From: Sphingomonadales bacterium
GTDB taxonomy: Bacteria; Pseudomonadota; Alphaproteobacteria; Sphingomonadales; Sphingomonadaceae
NCBI GenBank assembly: GCA_009993585.1
Contig: JAACTG010000114.1
Coordinates: 8,372 to 72,371 of the forward strand
Direction of reading: 5' to 3'
Length of the DNA: 64,000 nt
The notes under the pieces are model-generated. The model had not been told where the DNA came from. It saw only the letters and a program-made list of their open reading frames with translations, and did no database searches. How positions within the stretch are numbered: the first letter of the stretch is position 1; each line of letters starts with the position of its first letter. Both the position numbers and the translations under genes were made by a program. This document shows, one piece after another, positions 29,244 to 39,874 of this stretch.

Positions 29244-30683
29244 TCAGCCATGCTTGTCGTCGAATGGGTTTTTCGGCGCGCGCATGGTAAAGCGGATCGG
29301 CACCGCGCCGAGCTCGAGCTCGCGGCGAAGGCCGTTGACGAGGTAACGGCGATAGCTTTCGGGCAGCATGTCGACGCGCGTTCCGAACAGGACGAAGCTC
29401 GGCGGGCGCGTGCTCGCCTGCGTGACGTAGCGCAGCTTGATTCGCTTGCCCTTGGGCGCGGGCGGCGGATTGGCGTCGAGCGCGCGTTCGAGCCAGCGGT
29501 TGAGCCGTCCGGTCGAAATCCGCGTCGACCACGCCTCGCGAGTATCGAACGCGGCCTTGATCAGCGCATCGATACCCTTGCCAGTGGCGCCCGAGACGGT
29601 CAGCAGCGGCACGCCCTTGACCTGGGCCAGGCCCTCGTCGAGTGCGGCGCGCACCCCCTGGTAGAGGCCGCTGCCGTTTTCGGCGACGTCCCATTTGTTG
29701 AGCGCGATGACGAGCGCGCGACCTTCCTCGAGCACGCGGTCGGCAATCTTGAGGTCCTGCAGCTCGAGCCCCTTGGTCGAATCGAGCAACAGCACGACGA
29801 CTTCGGCGAAATCGATCGCGTGGAGCGCGTCGGCGACCGACATTTTCTCGAGCTTTTCGGTCACGCGCGCGCGCTTGCGCATGCCGGCGGTGTCGATCAG
29901 CCGGACCTCGCGCGATTCGCCGTCATGCTCCCACAGCCAGTCGATGCTGATCGAATCGCGCGTGATCCCGGCCTCGGGGCCGACGAGCAGCCGGTCCTCG
30001 CCGAGGATGCGGTTGATCAGCGTCGATTTGCCGGCATTGGGGCGGCCGACGATGGCGAGTTTGAGCGGGCCGTTTTCGAGCGGCCCTTCGTCTTCGGGTT
30101 CCTCGTCCTCGCGCTCCATATGCGGACGCAGCGCGTCGAACAACTCGACCATCCCTTCGCCATGCTCGGCGCTCAGCGCGACCGGCTCGCCGAAACCCAG
30201 CGCATAGGCTTCGAGCAGGCCGGCATCGCCCGCCTTGCCCTCGGCCTTGTTGGCGACGAGGATCACCGGCGTGTCCGAGGCGCGCAGCCAGCGGGCGATT
30301 TCCTCGTCGAGCGGGGTTACGCCGACGCGGGCATCGATCATGAACATCGCGGTGTCGGCGCCGGCGACCGCGGCCTCGGTCTGCATCCGCATGCGACCGG
30401 GCAGCGTTTCCGCATCGAGGTCTTCGTAACCGGCGGTATCCATGACGCGGAACTTGAGCCCGATCAGGTCGGCCTCGCCCTCGCGGCGATCGCGCGTCAC
30501 GCCGGGCTGATCGTCGACCAGCGCCAGTTTCTTGCCGACCAGCCGGTTGAACAGCGTCGACTTGCCGACATTGGGCCGGCCGACGATGGCGAGCATGGGG
30601 GGGCGCCGCAGCGGCGCGCGCGGCGCGGCTTCATCGGGTCGGCGCGTGTCATCCTCGCCAGGCATGGCGATCGGTCCTTTCAT
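29244..30683 (-). CDS. der: Ribosome-associated GTPase Der/EngA
   Basis: Two G domains ([14 protein letters not shown] and [14 protein letters not shown]) plus a KH-like C-terminus. Alternative start ATG 30665 (AGGA 9 nt upstream). Confidence 0.9.
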   Translation of the reverse strand: MKGPIAMPGEDDTRRPDEAAPRAPLRRPPMLAIVGRPNVGKSTLFNRLVGKKLALVDDQPGVTRDRREGEADLIGLKFRVMDTAGYEDLDAETLPGRMRMQTEAAVAGADTAMFMIDARVGVTPLDEEIARWLRASDTPVILVANKAEGKAGDAGLLEAYALGFGEPVALSAEHGEGMVELFDALRPHMEREDEEPEDEGPLENGPLKLAIVGRPNAGKSTLINRILGEDRLLVGPEAGITRDSISIDWLWEHDGESREVRLIDTAGMRKRARVTEKLEKMSVADALHAIDFAEVVVLLLDSTKGLELQDLKIADRVLEEGRALVIALNKWDVAENGSGLYQGVRAALDEGLAQVKGVPLLTVSGATGKGIDALIKAAFDTREAWSTRISTGRLNRWLERALDANPPPAPKGKRIKLRYVTQASTRPPSFVLFGTRVDMLPESYRRYLVNGLRRELELGAVPIRFTMRAPKNPFDDKHG

Positions 30684-30714
30684 CGCGGCCGCGGTGCGGC
30701 CTCATGTAACGGGC

Positions 30715-32043
30715 TTAGCGGTAGGCGGTCAGACGCCCATCGTCGTCGAGCAAATAGAGCATGTTGTTGGCCACGACCGGCGAGAGGGTGAACGACTTGC
30801 CCGCCTCGCTCTGCGCGTAAATGGCGCCGTCGGCGGGATTGACCTGCGCCATCTGCCCCAGCGTGCTGACCAGAATCAGGCGACCGCCGGCAAGGACGGG
30901 TCCCGACCAGCGGATCGGGCCCTTTTTGTCCTCTTCGTTGCGATAGCGCGGCAGCTGGCTGATCCAGCGCACCTTGCCGGTGGTCCGCGCGATGGCGAGC
31001 AGCTTGTCGTCGTCGGTAACGACGAACACCCATTCGCCCGCGACCCAGGGCGTCGATACGCCGGCGATCGCGAGTTCCCACAGGCGCTGGCCGGTCACGA
31101 GCTCGTAGGACGCCATGCGACCGCCCTTGCCCAGGGCATAGACGCGACCGCGATCGATCACGGGATCGGCATCGACGTCGGTCAGCGTCTCGACCGCGAC
31201 CGAAATGCGCGTGCGCGACAAGGCGTCGCTCCACAGATTGCGGCCGTTCTCATAGCGATAGGCATTGATTTCGCCCGAGGAAAAGCCCGCGACGACGGTG
31301 CCCTGGCCGGCCGCCGGCGCGCCGACGCCGAACACGCTGCCGGCTTCGTAAGCTGCCGATTCCTGCCAGATGATCGCCCCGTCGGCCTCGCCCAGCGCAA
31401 ACAGCTGATTGTCCTGCGTCATCGCATAGATCTGCCCATTGGCGATCGTCGGCGCGCCGCGCAGCGGTCCCGAAGGCCGCACTTTCCACACCTGACCGCC
31501 GTTGCTGGCATCGAGCATGGCGACGTCGCCGGCGCCATTGGTCGCGAAGACGCGACCGCCGACGGCGCTGACGCCGCCGCCGAACAGCGCGTTGCGGATA
31601 TCCGAATCCTCGCCCGCGATCGATGCCGACCACAGTTGCGCGCCGCTCGACGCGTCATAGGCATGGACGGTCGCATCGACGTCGATGACGAACAGCTTGC
31701 CGCCTTCGACCACCGGTGCGGCGGCCAGCTTGACGCGGTTGGTGCTGCCCCCGATCTGAACGCTCCATGCGGGCGTGACGGTGCTGGGGAGGGCAAGGTG
31801 GCCCATCGCCTTTTGCGCGTTGCCGCCGGGTTGGCCCCAGGCGGCGTTGGCGGTCTCGGCGGGCAGCACGACGGCGACGCCGGCCAGCGACGGATCGACG
31901 GTGGCGCCATCCTGCCCGGTCAGGATGTTGACGCGATCGCCGAGCGTCGGCGTATCCGAATCAGGTGCCTTGAAAATGCTGCATCCCGCCAGAAGCCCGG
32001 CGGCGGCGACGGAAACGGTGAGGAGGCGAAAGGGATTGTTCAT
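30715..32043 (-). CDS. bamB: Outer membrane protein assembly factor BamB
   Basis: Lipobox LLAGC, repeated PQQ-like beta-propeller blades, and the conserved yfgM-bamB-der gene order. Confidence 0.85.
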   Translation of the reverse strand: MNNPFRLLTVSVAAAGLLAGCSIFKAPDSDTPTLGDRVNILTGQDGATVDPSLAGVAVVLPAETANAAWGQPGGNAQKAMGHLALPSTVTPAWSVQIGGSTNRVKLAAAPVVEGGKLFVIDVDATVHAYDASSGAQLWSASIAGEDSDIRNALFGGGVSAVGGRVFATNGAGDVAMLDASNGGQVWKVRPSGPLRGAPTIANGQIYAMTQDNQLFALGEADGAIIWQESAAYEAGSVFGVGAPAAGQGTVVAGFSSGEINAYRYENGRNLWSDALSRTRISVAVETLTDVDADPVIDRGRVYALGKGGRMASYELVTGQRLWELAIAGVSTPWVAGEWVFVVTDDDKLLAIARTTGKVRWISQLPRYRNEEDKKGPIRWSGPVLAGGRLILVSTLGQMAQVNPADGAIYAQSEAGKSFTLSPVVANNMLYLLDDDGRLTAYR

Positions 32044-32046
32044 GGA

Positions 32047-32778
32047 TTATCCTGTCGGTTCGGCCGACTTGGCGGCTTCTTTGGACGAATCGTTGACGGC
32101 ATCGACGCCGAGCATGCCCGCCATTTGCAGTGAACGCTGTTTGAGGGTCGGCGCGGTATCGTCGCGCGCGGCGATGTCGGCATAGATGCGCCCGGCCTCG
32201 CTCCGTTCACCCTTGCGAAGATGCGCGATGGCAGTCATTTCCGCTGCGCTGGCGAACCATGGCGATGCCGGGTCGGTCAGCGGCTTGAGCCGCGCGATGA
32301 TCGCGTCGGGCTTGAGCGTGTCGAATTCGATGCCGGTGCGGCGGAGCGTCGCGAGATCGCGATAGCTTTGCGGGACGTCGCTATCGCCGGCGATCGCGCC
32401 CAGCATGGCGACCGCGCGCTTGGTATCGCCCGCCTTTTGCGCGACGTTGGCGCGGGTGAATCGCGCCGCTGCGGCATAGGCCGGACTGCCCTCGTCGCTA
32501 AGCTCGCCGAGCGCATCGGCGGCGCCCGCAGGATTGCCACCCTCGACGCGGTCGAGCGCCTGGACATAAAGTTCGCCCTGTTCGCCGGCCTGGTTCGCCT
32601 GGTGCTCGCCATACCACAGCCAGACCGCGAACGCGGCCAGCGCCAGGACGACGACGCCGACGACGACCGGCCCGTAGCGTCTGGCGAAGTCGGCCAACCG
32701 GTCCTCGCGGACCGCGTCGTCGACTTCGCGAAGGAAGACATCGTCCTGTTCGGGCGTGCGTGCCAATGTCGTCTCCAA
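32047..32778 (-). CDS. YfgM-like TPR membrane protein
   Basis: One TM helix (VVVGVVVLALAAFAVWLWY) followed by a TPR-like region. It lies 3 nt upstream of bamB. The start is TTG (32778, or 32766 with GGAG 6 nt upstream). Confidence 0.7.
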   Translation of the reverse strand: METTLARTPEQDDVFLREVDDAVREDRLADFARRYGPVVVGVVVLALAAFAVWLWYGEHQANQAGEQGELYVQALDRVEGGNPAGAADALGELSDEGSPAYAAAARFTRANVAQKAGDTKRAVAMLGAIAGDSDVPQSYRDLATLRRTGIEFDTLKPDAIIARLKPLTDPASPWFASAAEMTAIAHLRKGERSEAGRIYADIAARDDTAPTLKQRSLQMAGMLGVDAVNDSSKEAAKSAEPTG

Positions 32779-32876
32779 AGAATATCGGTCCGGGCGAATT
32801 CCGGGCCGCCGGTTTCCTTAGCGGCGGGCCCGGCAAAGGGAAAGACCCAGCGGCACCGGTGCGTCAGCGTCGAGCT

Positions 32877-33749
32877 TCAGCTCTTTGGCCGATAGGTCTG
32901 ATCGGCAGTCGGGAATGAACGCGACCTGACTTCGTGCGCATAGCCAGCGACTGCGCCGGAAATGCGTTCGGCCATATCGTCGAAGCGCTTGACGAAGCGC
33001 GGCACGCGCTCGAACAGGCCGAGCATATCCTCCGTCACGAGAATCTGGCCGTCGCATTTGGCCGACGCGCCGATGCCGATGACGGGGCATGCAAGCGCTT
33101 CGGTCAGACGATCGGCGATCGATTCCATCACGCCCTCGGCGACGACGGCGAAGGCGCCGGCCTCTGCGATGGCGCGTCCGTCGGCGATGATCTTGTCGCT
33201 TTCGGCTTCGGTCTTGCCGCGCGCGCGATAGCTGCCCAGCGCGTTGACCGCCTGCGGCGTCAATCCGACATGGCCCATCACCGGGATGCCGCGCCCGGTC
33301 AGGAAGGCGACGGTTTCGGCCATCGCCTCGCCGCCTTCGAGTTTCACCGCGGCGGCGCCGGTTTCCTTGAGGATGCGCGAGGCGCTCTCGAACGCCTGCC
33401 CGGGCGACGCCTCATAGCTGCCGAACGGCATGTCGACCGCGACCACCGCGTGATAGCTGCCGCGCACCACGGCGGCGCCGTGCGCGCACATCATGTCGAG
33501 CGTGACGGGCACCGTCGAGGGCAGGCCGTAGATCACCTGGCCAAGCGAATCGCCGACCAGCAGCAGGTCGCAATGCGGATCGAGCAATTGCGCCATTCGC
33601 GCGGTATAGGCGGTCAGCATGACGAGCGGCTGCTTGGTCTCGCCATCGGCCTTGTGCGCCTGGATCTTGGGAACGGTGAGCCGCTTCATCGGCGCCGGCG
33701 TGGGATTGGCGCGGCTGGTCGCGGTGTCGAGCTGGAAGGTCGTGGACAT
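32877..33749 (-). CDS. panB: 3-methyl-2-oxobutanoate hydroxymethyltransferase
   Basis: Contains [14 protein letters not shown]...LLVGDSLG...[11 protein letters not shown]...KLEGG...GHVGLTPQ. The track ORF to 34064 is an over-extension. Confidence 0.9.
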   Translation of the reverse strand: MSTTFQLDTATSRANPTPAPMKRLTVPKIQAHKADGETKQPLVMLTAYTARMAQLLDPHCDLLLVGDSLGQVIYGLPSTVPVTLDMMCAHGAAVVRGSYHAVVAVDMPFGSYEASPGQAFESASRILKETGAAAVKLEGGEAMAETVAFLTGRGIPVMGHVGLTPQAVNALGSYRARGKTEAESDKIIADGRAIAEAGAFAVVAEGVMESIADRLTEALACPVIGIGASAKCDGQILVTEDMLGLFERVPRFVKRFDDMAERISGAVAGYAHEVRSRSFPTADQTYRPKS

Positions 33750-33796
33750 GGGCGATGTGCTAACGCGGCGGCGCGGCAAACGCCAGCCCGTCGCGC

Positions 33797-34078
33797 CTAG
33801 CCGACCGCGACGCCCTTCCAGAAGGCGATGCGATCCTTGATCTCGGCCGCCGCCTCCTTGGGATCGGGATAATACCAGGCGGCATCGCCGTTGCGTGCGC
33901 CGCCCGCTTCGATATCGTAATAATGCGCGGTGCCCTTCCACGGACAATGGCTTATCGTCGCGCTGTCGCGCAGATATTCGTCGCGCACGCTCTCGCGCGG
34001 GAAATAGTGATTGCCCTCGACGACGATCGTATCGTCGCTGGCGGCGATGACGGTGCCGTTCCATGTCGCCTTGACCAT
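33797..34078 (-). CDS. DUF427 domain protein
   Basis: 93 aa containing [22 protein letters not shown]...[12 protein letters not shown]. Confidence 0.8.
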   Translation of the reverse strand: MVKATWNGTVIAASDDTIVVEGNHYFPRESVRDEYLRDSATISHCPWKGTAHYYDIEAGGARNGDAAWYYPDPKEAAAEIKDRIAFWKGVAVG

Positions 34079-34173
34079 CGCCGTCCTCCTTGCCCCGAAC
34101 CGGCGGTCAGCTTGCGCGGTGCCCCGCGCTTTGGCAAGAGGCGCGCAGCTCCCACCAACAGCAGCGGAAACCC

Positions 34174-35274
34174 ATGTCCGACCCTCACGACCAGCCCGCC
34201 CTCGCCGTCGAGCCGCACCCCGCGAGGATGAGCGACGACGATCGCCACGCGGCGATCGCCGATCCCGGCTTCGGCCGCGTGTTCACCGATCACATGGCAT
34301 CGGCGCTGTGGACGGCCGAACGGGGCTGGCACGACGCCAAGATCATGCCGCGCGGCCCGCTCTCGGTCGATCCGGCGATGTCGGTGTTGCATTACGCGCA
34401 GGAAATCTTCGAAGGAATGAAGGCCTATCGCACCGAGGACGGCGCGATGGCGCTGTTCCGCCCGGGCGAGAATGCCAAGCGCTTCAATGCCTCGGCGCGG
34501 CGCATGGCGATGCCCGAACTGCCCGAGGCGCTGTTCCTCGAATCGGTCCGGCGGCTGGTCGCGACCGACGCCGACTGGTTCCCCGGCGTCACCGGCGGCG
34601 CGCTCTATATCCGCCCCTTCATGTTCTCGTCCGATGTCCGCCTCGGCGTGCGTCCCGCATCCGAATATCGCTTTCTCGTCATCCTCTCTCCGGTCGGCGC
34701 CTATTTTCGCGGCGATCCCAAGGCGATCTCGCTGTGGGTCAGCCGCGACTATGTCCGCGCCGCGCCCGGCGGCACCGGAGAGGCGAAATGCGGCGGCAAC
34801 TACGCCGCCAGCCTCGTCGCCCAGGCGCAATCGATCGACCATGGCTGCGATCAGGTCGTCTTCCTCGACGCGGTCGAACGCAAATGGGTCGAGGAGCTCG
34901 GCGGCATGAACCTGTTCTTCGTCATGGCCGACGGGACGCTCGTCACCCCGCCGCTCGGCGGCACGATCCTGCCCGGCATCACGCGCGACAGCCTGATCGC
35001 GATCGCGCGCGACGAAGGGCTGAGCGTGCGCGAAGAGCGTTATTCGATCGACCAGTGGCGCGACGATGCGGCCAGCGGCGCTCTCGTCGAAAGCTTCGCC
35101 TGCGGCACCGCCGCCGTCGTCACCCCGGTCGGCGAAGTGCGCGATGGCGACGATCGCTTCACCATCGGCTCGGGCGGTCCCGGCCAGATCACCGAACGCC
35201 TGCGCCGCCGCCTCGTCGATATCCAGTACGGCCGCGCGCCTGACCAGCACGGTTGGGTCGAACGCATCGGCTGA
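34174..35274 (+). CDS. ilvE: Branched-chain amino acid aminotransferase
   Basis: Contains FTDHM...LHYAQEIFEGMKAYR...GEAKCGGNYAAS. ATG at 34174. Confidence 0.9.
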   Translation: MSDPHDQPALAVEPHPARMSDDDRHAAIADPGFGRVFTDHMASALWTAERGWHDAKIMPRGPLSVDPAMSVLHYAQEIFEGMKAYRTEDGAMALFRPGENAKRFNASARRMAMPELPEALFLESVRRLVATDADWFPGVTGGALYIRPFMFSSDVRLGVRPASEYRFLVILSPVGAYFRGDPKAISLWVSRDYVRAAPGGTGEAKCGGNYAASLVAQAQSIDHGCDQVVFLDAVERKWVEELGGMNLFFVMADGTLVTPPLGGTILPGITRDSLIAIARDEGLSVREERYSIDQWRDDAASGALVESFACGTAAVVTPVGEVRDGDDRFTIGSGGPGQITERLRRRLVDIQYGRAPDQHGWVERIG

Positions 35275-35374
35275 AGCAGCGCCGCACGAACCGGCGAGTG
35301 GCCGTTGCCATCGCCCGACGGCCGCGATATGGGGCCGTCCACGGTCGCTTTTCCGAAGCGGCGACAAAGCGCGT

Positions 35375-35449
35375 TGGGGCGTAGCCAAGCGGTAAGGCAC
35401 CGGTTTTTGGTATCGGCATGCGCAGGTTCGAATCCTGCCGCCCCAGCCA
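35375..35449 (+). tRNA. tRNA-Gln (anticodon TTG)
   Basis: Hand-folded cloverleaf. Acceptor TGGGGCG/CGCCCCA, anticodon stem CCGGT/ATCGG, loop TTTTGGT, T-loop GGTTCGAATCC, CCA encoded. Confidence 0.9.
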
Positions 35450-35513
35450 CGCGATAGCGGACCCGGCCCCCCGGGGCGCGCGCATCACGAAGCGGCGGCG
35501 CGCGATCGGAGGT

Positions 35514-36089
35514 TCAGGCGGCCGCCCCGCCGAGCTGGCGCAGCGTATCGAGCCATTCGGCGCGGCTCTTTTCGTCACCCTCGACATTGCCGACCAGGCT
35601 GTGCGCGACCGGCTTGATGCCGACCAGCTTGAGGATGTTGCGCTCGAAACTCTTGACGCTATGGGCGCCGAAATAGAATCGGTAGAAGAAGGCGGGCATG
35701 CCCATCGTCACAACCAGCCGCGCCGAACGACCCTTGAGCAGCGGTTTCGGCATCGTGCCGGGGGCCAGCGCGAAGCCGGGCCGCGCGACCTGCTCAAGGA
35801 ATGCCTTGAGCAGGGCGGGAACGTCCCCGAGCCAAAGCGGATAGAGAAACACGACATGCTCGGCCCAGTCGATCGCGTCCTGCGCCTCGGCGATATCGGG
35901 GGCGGGGGTCCCGTCGGTCCAATCGGCGCGCGAGCGCAGGATCGGCACGTCGATCGTGGCGAGGTCGACGCGGCGGACCGCATGGCCGCCGAGCGTGGCG
36001 CCGTCGGCATAGGCATCGGCAAGCGCGTGGACGAAGCGACCGCGGTCGGGATCCGGGTGGCCGTCGACGATCAGGACTTTCTTGCTCAT
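35514..36089 (-). CDS. Flavodoxin-like-fold NAD(P)H oxidoreductase (quinone reductase-like)
   Basis: Contains MSKKVLIVDGHPDPDRGRF...HVVFLYPLWLGDVPALLKAFLEQV, typical of the Flavodoxin_2 / NAD(P)H dehydrogenase (quinone) family. Confidence 0.75.
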   Translation of the reverse strand: MSKKVLIVDGHPDPDRGRFVHALADAYADGATLGGHAVRRVDLATIDVPILRSRADWTDGTPAPDIAEAQDAIDWAEHVVFLYPLWLGDVPALLKAFLEQVARPGFALAPGTMPKPLLKGRSARLVVTMGMPAFFYRFYFGAHSVKSFERNILKLVGIKPVAHSLVGNVEGDEKSRAEWLDTLRQLGGAAA

Positions 36090-36226
36090 GGCACCAGTCT
36101 GCTCGGTCGCCCCGGGATGCGAAATACGTAGCTATCCTAGGTCGCGAGCGAAGCCGGCGCGGGGTCTGGCGATAGGCCGCGCGCATGATCACGATCAGGC
36201 CGCCACCCTCATATCGCGGCTCGTTC

Positions 36227-37474
36227 CTATTCGCTTCGCAGCGCCTCGATCGGCGACAGGCGCGATGCGCGGATTGCCGGCCAGCCACCGAAGACGAGGC
36301 CGATGACCGCCGAAAACACGATCGCGCCGATCGCGGTGCCGATGCCGATCGGAGCGGGGAAATCGACCGCATTCTCGAATACGACCGCCGCAATTTTGGC
36401 AAGCGCGAGGCCGATCGCGCCGCCGATCATGCACAGGACGGCGGCCTCGACGAGGAACTGGTCGCGAATGTCGCGTTTCTTGGCGCCCAACGCCATTCTG
36501 AGGCCGATCTCGCGCGTGCGTTCGGTGACGCTGACGAGCATGATGTTCATGATGCCGATGCCGCCGACGAGCAGCGAGATCGACGCGATCGCGACGAGCA
36601 CCGCCTGGAAAATCGCGGTCACCTCCGCGGTTTCCTCCATGAACTCCTCGGTGGTGCGGATGGTGAACGGGTTGATGTCCTTGCCGCGGACGCGATAGCG
36701 GTCGCGCATCAGCCGCGTCATGTCGCGTTTCGCCTGGCGCAGGCTGAAGCCGTCCTGAAAACCGACGAACAGCATGTGGAGATCGTCGGGCCCCGCCAAT
36801 GTATCGCCCGCGAAGCGCTGACGCGCGGTGCTGATCGGGACGATCGCGATGTCGTCATTGTCGTTGCCGAAGCTCGACCCCTTCGATTCGAGCACGCCGA
36901 TGATCGTGAACGGCACGCGGTTGACGCGCACGCTTTCGCCGACCGGATCGTAATCGCCGTAGAGCTTCTCGGCGACGGTGGGGCCGAGGACGATGACGCG
37001 CGATGCCGAATTGACGTCGGCGTCGGTGATGAAGCGCCCGCGTTCGGCGGTGATGTTCGACACGACGCCATAGCCAGGCGTCGCGCCGATCGCGGCGGTC
37101 GACGTATTGCTGCCCTGCGCCACCAGCTGAACCGATGTTCGCAGCTGCGGCGCGATCGCGCTGACGCCGTCGACCTCGCGCTCGATCGCGCGCGCGTCGC
37201 GCATCGTCAGCCGCCCTCGATCCTCGGTGCCGCGCCCGCCTTCGGTATCGGGGCGGGGAAAGACCAGCGCCATGTTCGATCCCAGCGAATTGATCGATTC
37301 CATGACCGACACCTGGGCTCCCGACCCGACAGCGACCGCGAGCGTGACGGCGAGCACGCCGATCATCACGCCAAGCGTGGTCAGGATCGATCGCATCAGG
37401 TTGGTCCTGAGCGCGGTCAGCGCGATCGCGACGTTGATGCCGTAATTGGCGACGCGGGTGGCGAGACGGGTCAT
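36227..37474 (-). CDS. ABC transporter permease, FtsX/MacB-type
   Basis: MacB-like periplasmic domain between TM1 and TM2, and a C-terminal FtsX domain (GIMNIMLVSVTERTREIGLRMALGA). The start overlaps the ATPase stop (ATGA). Confidence 0.85.
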   Translation of the reverse strand: MTRLATRVANYGINVAIALTALRTNLMRSILTTLGVMIGVLAVTLAVAVGSGAQVSVMESINSLGSNMALVFPRPDTEGGRGTEDRGRLTMRDARAIEREVDGVSAIAPQLRTSVQLVAQGSNTSTAAIGATPGYGVVSNITAERGRFITDADVNSASRVIVLGPTVAEKLYGDYDPVGESVRVNRVPFTIIGVLESKGSSFGNDNDDIAIVPISTARQRFAGDTLAGPDDLHMLFVGFQDGFSLRQAKRDMTRLMRDRYRVRGKDINPFTIRTTEEFMEETAEVTAIFQAVLVAIASISLLVGGIGIMNIMLVSVTERTREIGLRMALGAKKRDIRDQFLVEAAVLCMIGGAIGLALAKIAAVVFENAVDFPAPIGIGTAIGAIVFSAVIGLVFGGWPAIRASRLSPIEALRSE

Positions 37475-38187
37475 GCCGCGCGCCCCTTGCGACGGTCGCG
37501 CACGGGTGTGTCCTCGATCACCTTGCCGTCGCGAAACGCGATCCGCCGCGCGGCATATTGCGCGATCTCCGCCTCGTGCGTCACCAGGATGATGGTGATG
37601 CCCTCGTCGTTGAGCGTCTGAAAGATCGTCATGATGTCTTCGGAGGTCTGCGTGTCGAGCGCGCCGGTGGGTTCGTCGGCGAGCAGCATCAGCGGCTGGG
37701 TGACCAGCGCGCGCGCGATCGCGACGCGCTGCTGCTGGCCGCCCGACAGCTTGGCCGGACTATGGTCCAGGCGGTCGCCAAGGCCCATTTGCGCGAGCGT
37801 CGCACGCGCCCGCGCCAGACGCTCCTCGCGGCCGAGGCCGGCATAGATCAGCGGCACCGCGACATTGTCGAGCGCGCTCGTGCGCGCGAGCAGGTTGAAC
37901 TGCTGGAAGACGAAACCGATCTTCGAATTGCGCAGCTCGGCGAGCGCATCGCCGCTCATTTCGCGCGTCGCGATCCCGTCGATCAGCACCTCGCCCGACG
38001 ACGGCACGTCGAGGCAGCCGACCATGTTCATGAAGGTCGACTTGCCCGATCCGCTCGCGCCCATGATCGCGACGAATTCGCCGCGCGCGATGTCGAGCGT
38101 GACGCCGTTGACGGCATGGACAGTCTCGCCGCCGATGACGTAGTCCTTGACGAGGTCGCGGGTCGAAACGAGCGGAACGGACATCAC
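37471..38187 (-). CDS. ABC transporter ATP-binding protein (MacB/LolD-like)
   Basis: Walker [10 protein letters not shown], signature LSGGQQQR, Walker [12 protein letters not shown]. Confidence 0.9.
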   Translation of the reverse strand: MMSVPLVSTRDLVKDYVIGGETVHAVNGVTLDIARGEFVAIMGASGSGKSTFMNMVGCLDVPSSGEVLIDGIATREMSGDALAELRNSKIGFVFQQFNLLARTSALDNVAVPLIYAGLGREERLARARATLAQMGLGDRLDHSPAKLSGGQQQRVAIARALVTQPLMLLADEPTGALDTQTSEDIMTIFQTLNDEGITIILVTHEAEIAQYAARRIAFRDGKVIEDTPVRDRRKGRAA

Positions 38188-39464
38188 TCGGCGCTGGCGT
38201 CGGCGTCGTCTTCGTCGGCGTCGTCGCCGGTCAGCGTCTTCGACCGCACGAGGACCTTCTCGCCGGGCTTCAGCCCCTTGACGATCTCGACATGATCCTC
38301 GCCTTCGAGGCCGATCATGACCTTGCGCGGCTTGGGCTTATAGGGATCCTCGCCGACCACCCAGACTTCGCCGCCGCGCGTCTGGCGCGCGCCCTTGGCC
38401 GCCTTGGCCCGGGCTTCCTGCGCCTTGTCATAGCCGTCGGGGCGGTCGCTCGCACGAGGACGAAAACGCATCGCGGCGGCGGGCACGCGCACCACCTTGG
38501 TGCGGCGCCCGGTGACGATCTCCACATTGGCGGTCATGCCGGTAAGCAGCTTGCCGTCCTTGTTGTCGACATCGAGGATGACGAGATAGCTCACGACATT
38601 GGCGGTTTCGTTCGCCGATTTGCGGACCTGGCCGACGATCGCTTCGAACTTCTCGTCGGGATAGCTGTCGACGGTAAAGCGGACCGGCTGGCCGGTGCGG
38701 ATCTGGCCGATATCGGCTTCGTCGACCGCCGCTTCCACCTGCATATGCGCGGTGTCGGCGGCGATTTCGAACAGGTTGGGCGTCTGGAAGCTGGCGGCGA
38801 CGGTCTGGCCGGGCTCGACCAGCTTGTCGATGACGACCCCGCTCGCCGGCGCGACGATGCGCGTGCGGCTGAGGTCGAGCTGGGCCGACGACAGTTCGGC
38901 ATTGCTCTGCGAAATCTGTGCGCGGGCGCTTGCTGCCTGGGCAAGCGCGGTGCTCAGCGCGGCGCGCGCGGTGCTCAGCGCGTTCTGCGCCTGATCGAGC
39001 GCGGCCTTCGATACGAATCCCTGTTTGATCAGTTCCTGGCTGCGCGCATATTGCCGCTGCTGGACCTCGACATCGGTGCGCGCGCGGATGATCGCGGCAT
39101 CGGCCTGCGCCAGGGCGGCGCGCGCGACGCCGACCTGCGCCTGCGCCTGCTGGACGCGCGCGCGCGGGCGCGTCGCGTCGATTTCGGCGAGCACCTGCCC
39201 GGCGGTCACCGGCGTGTTGAAATCGACATAGACGTTGGTCACCTGGCCCGAGATTTCGGAACCCACCTTGATCGTGTTGAGCGCGCGCAGCTTGCCGCTC
39301 GCCGACACCGTCCGCACGACCTCGCCGCGATCGGCGGCCTCGACCTCATATTCATATTCGGGCGGCGTGGGGACCAGGATCTTATAGGCGACGAAGACGA
39401 CCAAAAGGCCGATGACCGCCGCCCAAATCGGGTGTCGTTTGATCCATGGTCCGAACTTGTTCAC
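38184..39464 (-). CDS. Efflux periplasmic adaptor subunit (HlyD/MacA-like)
   Basis: N-terminal TM anchor, long coiled-coil (AQAQVGVARAALAQADAAI...), and barrel-sandwich and beta-barrel segments. GTG start is preceded by GGGAGG 5 nt upstream. Confidence 0.85.
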   Translation of the reverse strand: MNKFGPWIKRHPIWAAVIGLLVVFVAYKILVPTPPEYEYEVEAADRGEVVRTVSASGKLRALNTIKVGSEISGQVTNVYVDFNTPVTAGQVLAEIDATRPRARVQQAQAQVGVARAALAQADAAIIRARTDVEVQQRQYARSQELIKQGFVSKAALDQAQNALSTARAALSTALAQAASARAQISQSNAELSSAQLDLSRTRIVAPASGVVIDKLVEPGQTVAASFQTPNLFEIAADTAHMQVEAAVDEADIGQIRTGQPVRFTVDSYPDEKFEAIVGQVRKSANETANVVSYLVILDVDNKDGKLLTGMTANVEIVTGRRTKVVRVPAAAMRFRPRASDRPDGYDKAQEARAKAAKGARQTRGGEVWVVGEDPYKPKPRKVMIGLEGEDHVEIVKGLKPGEKVLVRSKTLTGDDADEDDADASAE

Positions 39465-39667
39465 CGACGCCTCCCGCTGTTATCGCGACCGCATTGCCAC
39501 AGGTGTATCATGAATACAATACACTTATCATGTGCCTCGTCGGACGAAGGTTGAGGACGGCGAGCGGGAGTTGCTAGATCAACCCCGTGCCGGTTGATCG
39601 GGTGAAAAGAAATGACATTGCGCGGCGCATGCGAGGCAGACCGGCGCGGTTCTCTGCGATGTGGAAA

Positions 39668-39742
39668 TGGTGACCCCTACGGGAATCGAACCCGTGTTTC
39701 AGCCGTGAGAGGGCCGCGTCCTAACCGCTAGACGAAGGGGCC
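39668..39742 (-). tRNA. tRNA-Glu (anticodon CTC)
   Basis: The reverse complement is GGCCCCTTCGTCTAGCGGTTAGGACGCGGCCCTCTCACGGCTGAAACACGGGTTCGATTCCCGTAGGGGTCACCA. Anticodon loop CT-CTC-AC. CCA encoded. Confidence 0.9.
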
Positions 39743-39776
39743 GTGGCATCGCGCCCGAGGGACGATGCGGCCGCGA

Positions 39777-39851
39777 TGGTGACCCCTACGGGAATCGAAC
39801 CCGTGTTTCAGCCGTGAAAGGGCCGCGTCCTAACCGCTAGACGAAGGGGCC
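39777..39851 (-). tRNA. tRNA-Glu (anticodon TTC)
   Basis: Identical to the copy at 39668-39742 except for one base (A at 39818 versus G at 39709), which changes anticodon position 34. Confidence 0.9.
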
Positions 39852-39874
39852 ACGCGTCGCTGCGTGCGGAGCGC

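Noticed and set aside
39577-39599. An 8-bp-stem hairpin, GATCAACC-ccgtgcc-GGTTGATC, downstream of the tRNA-Glu pair.
   Set aside because: No U-tract follows it on either strand, so I cannot call it an intrinsic terminator. It may be a processing or Rho-related structure, or fortuitous.
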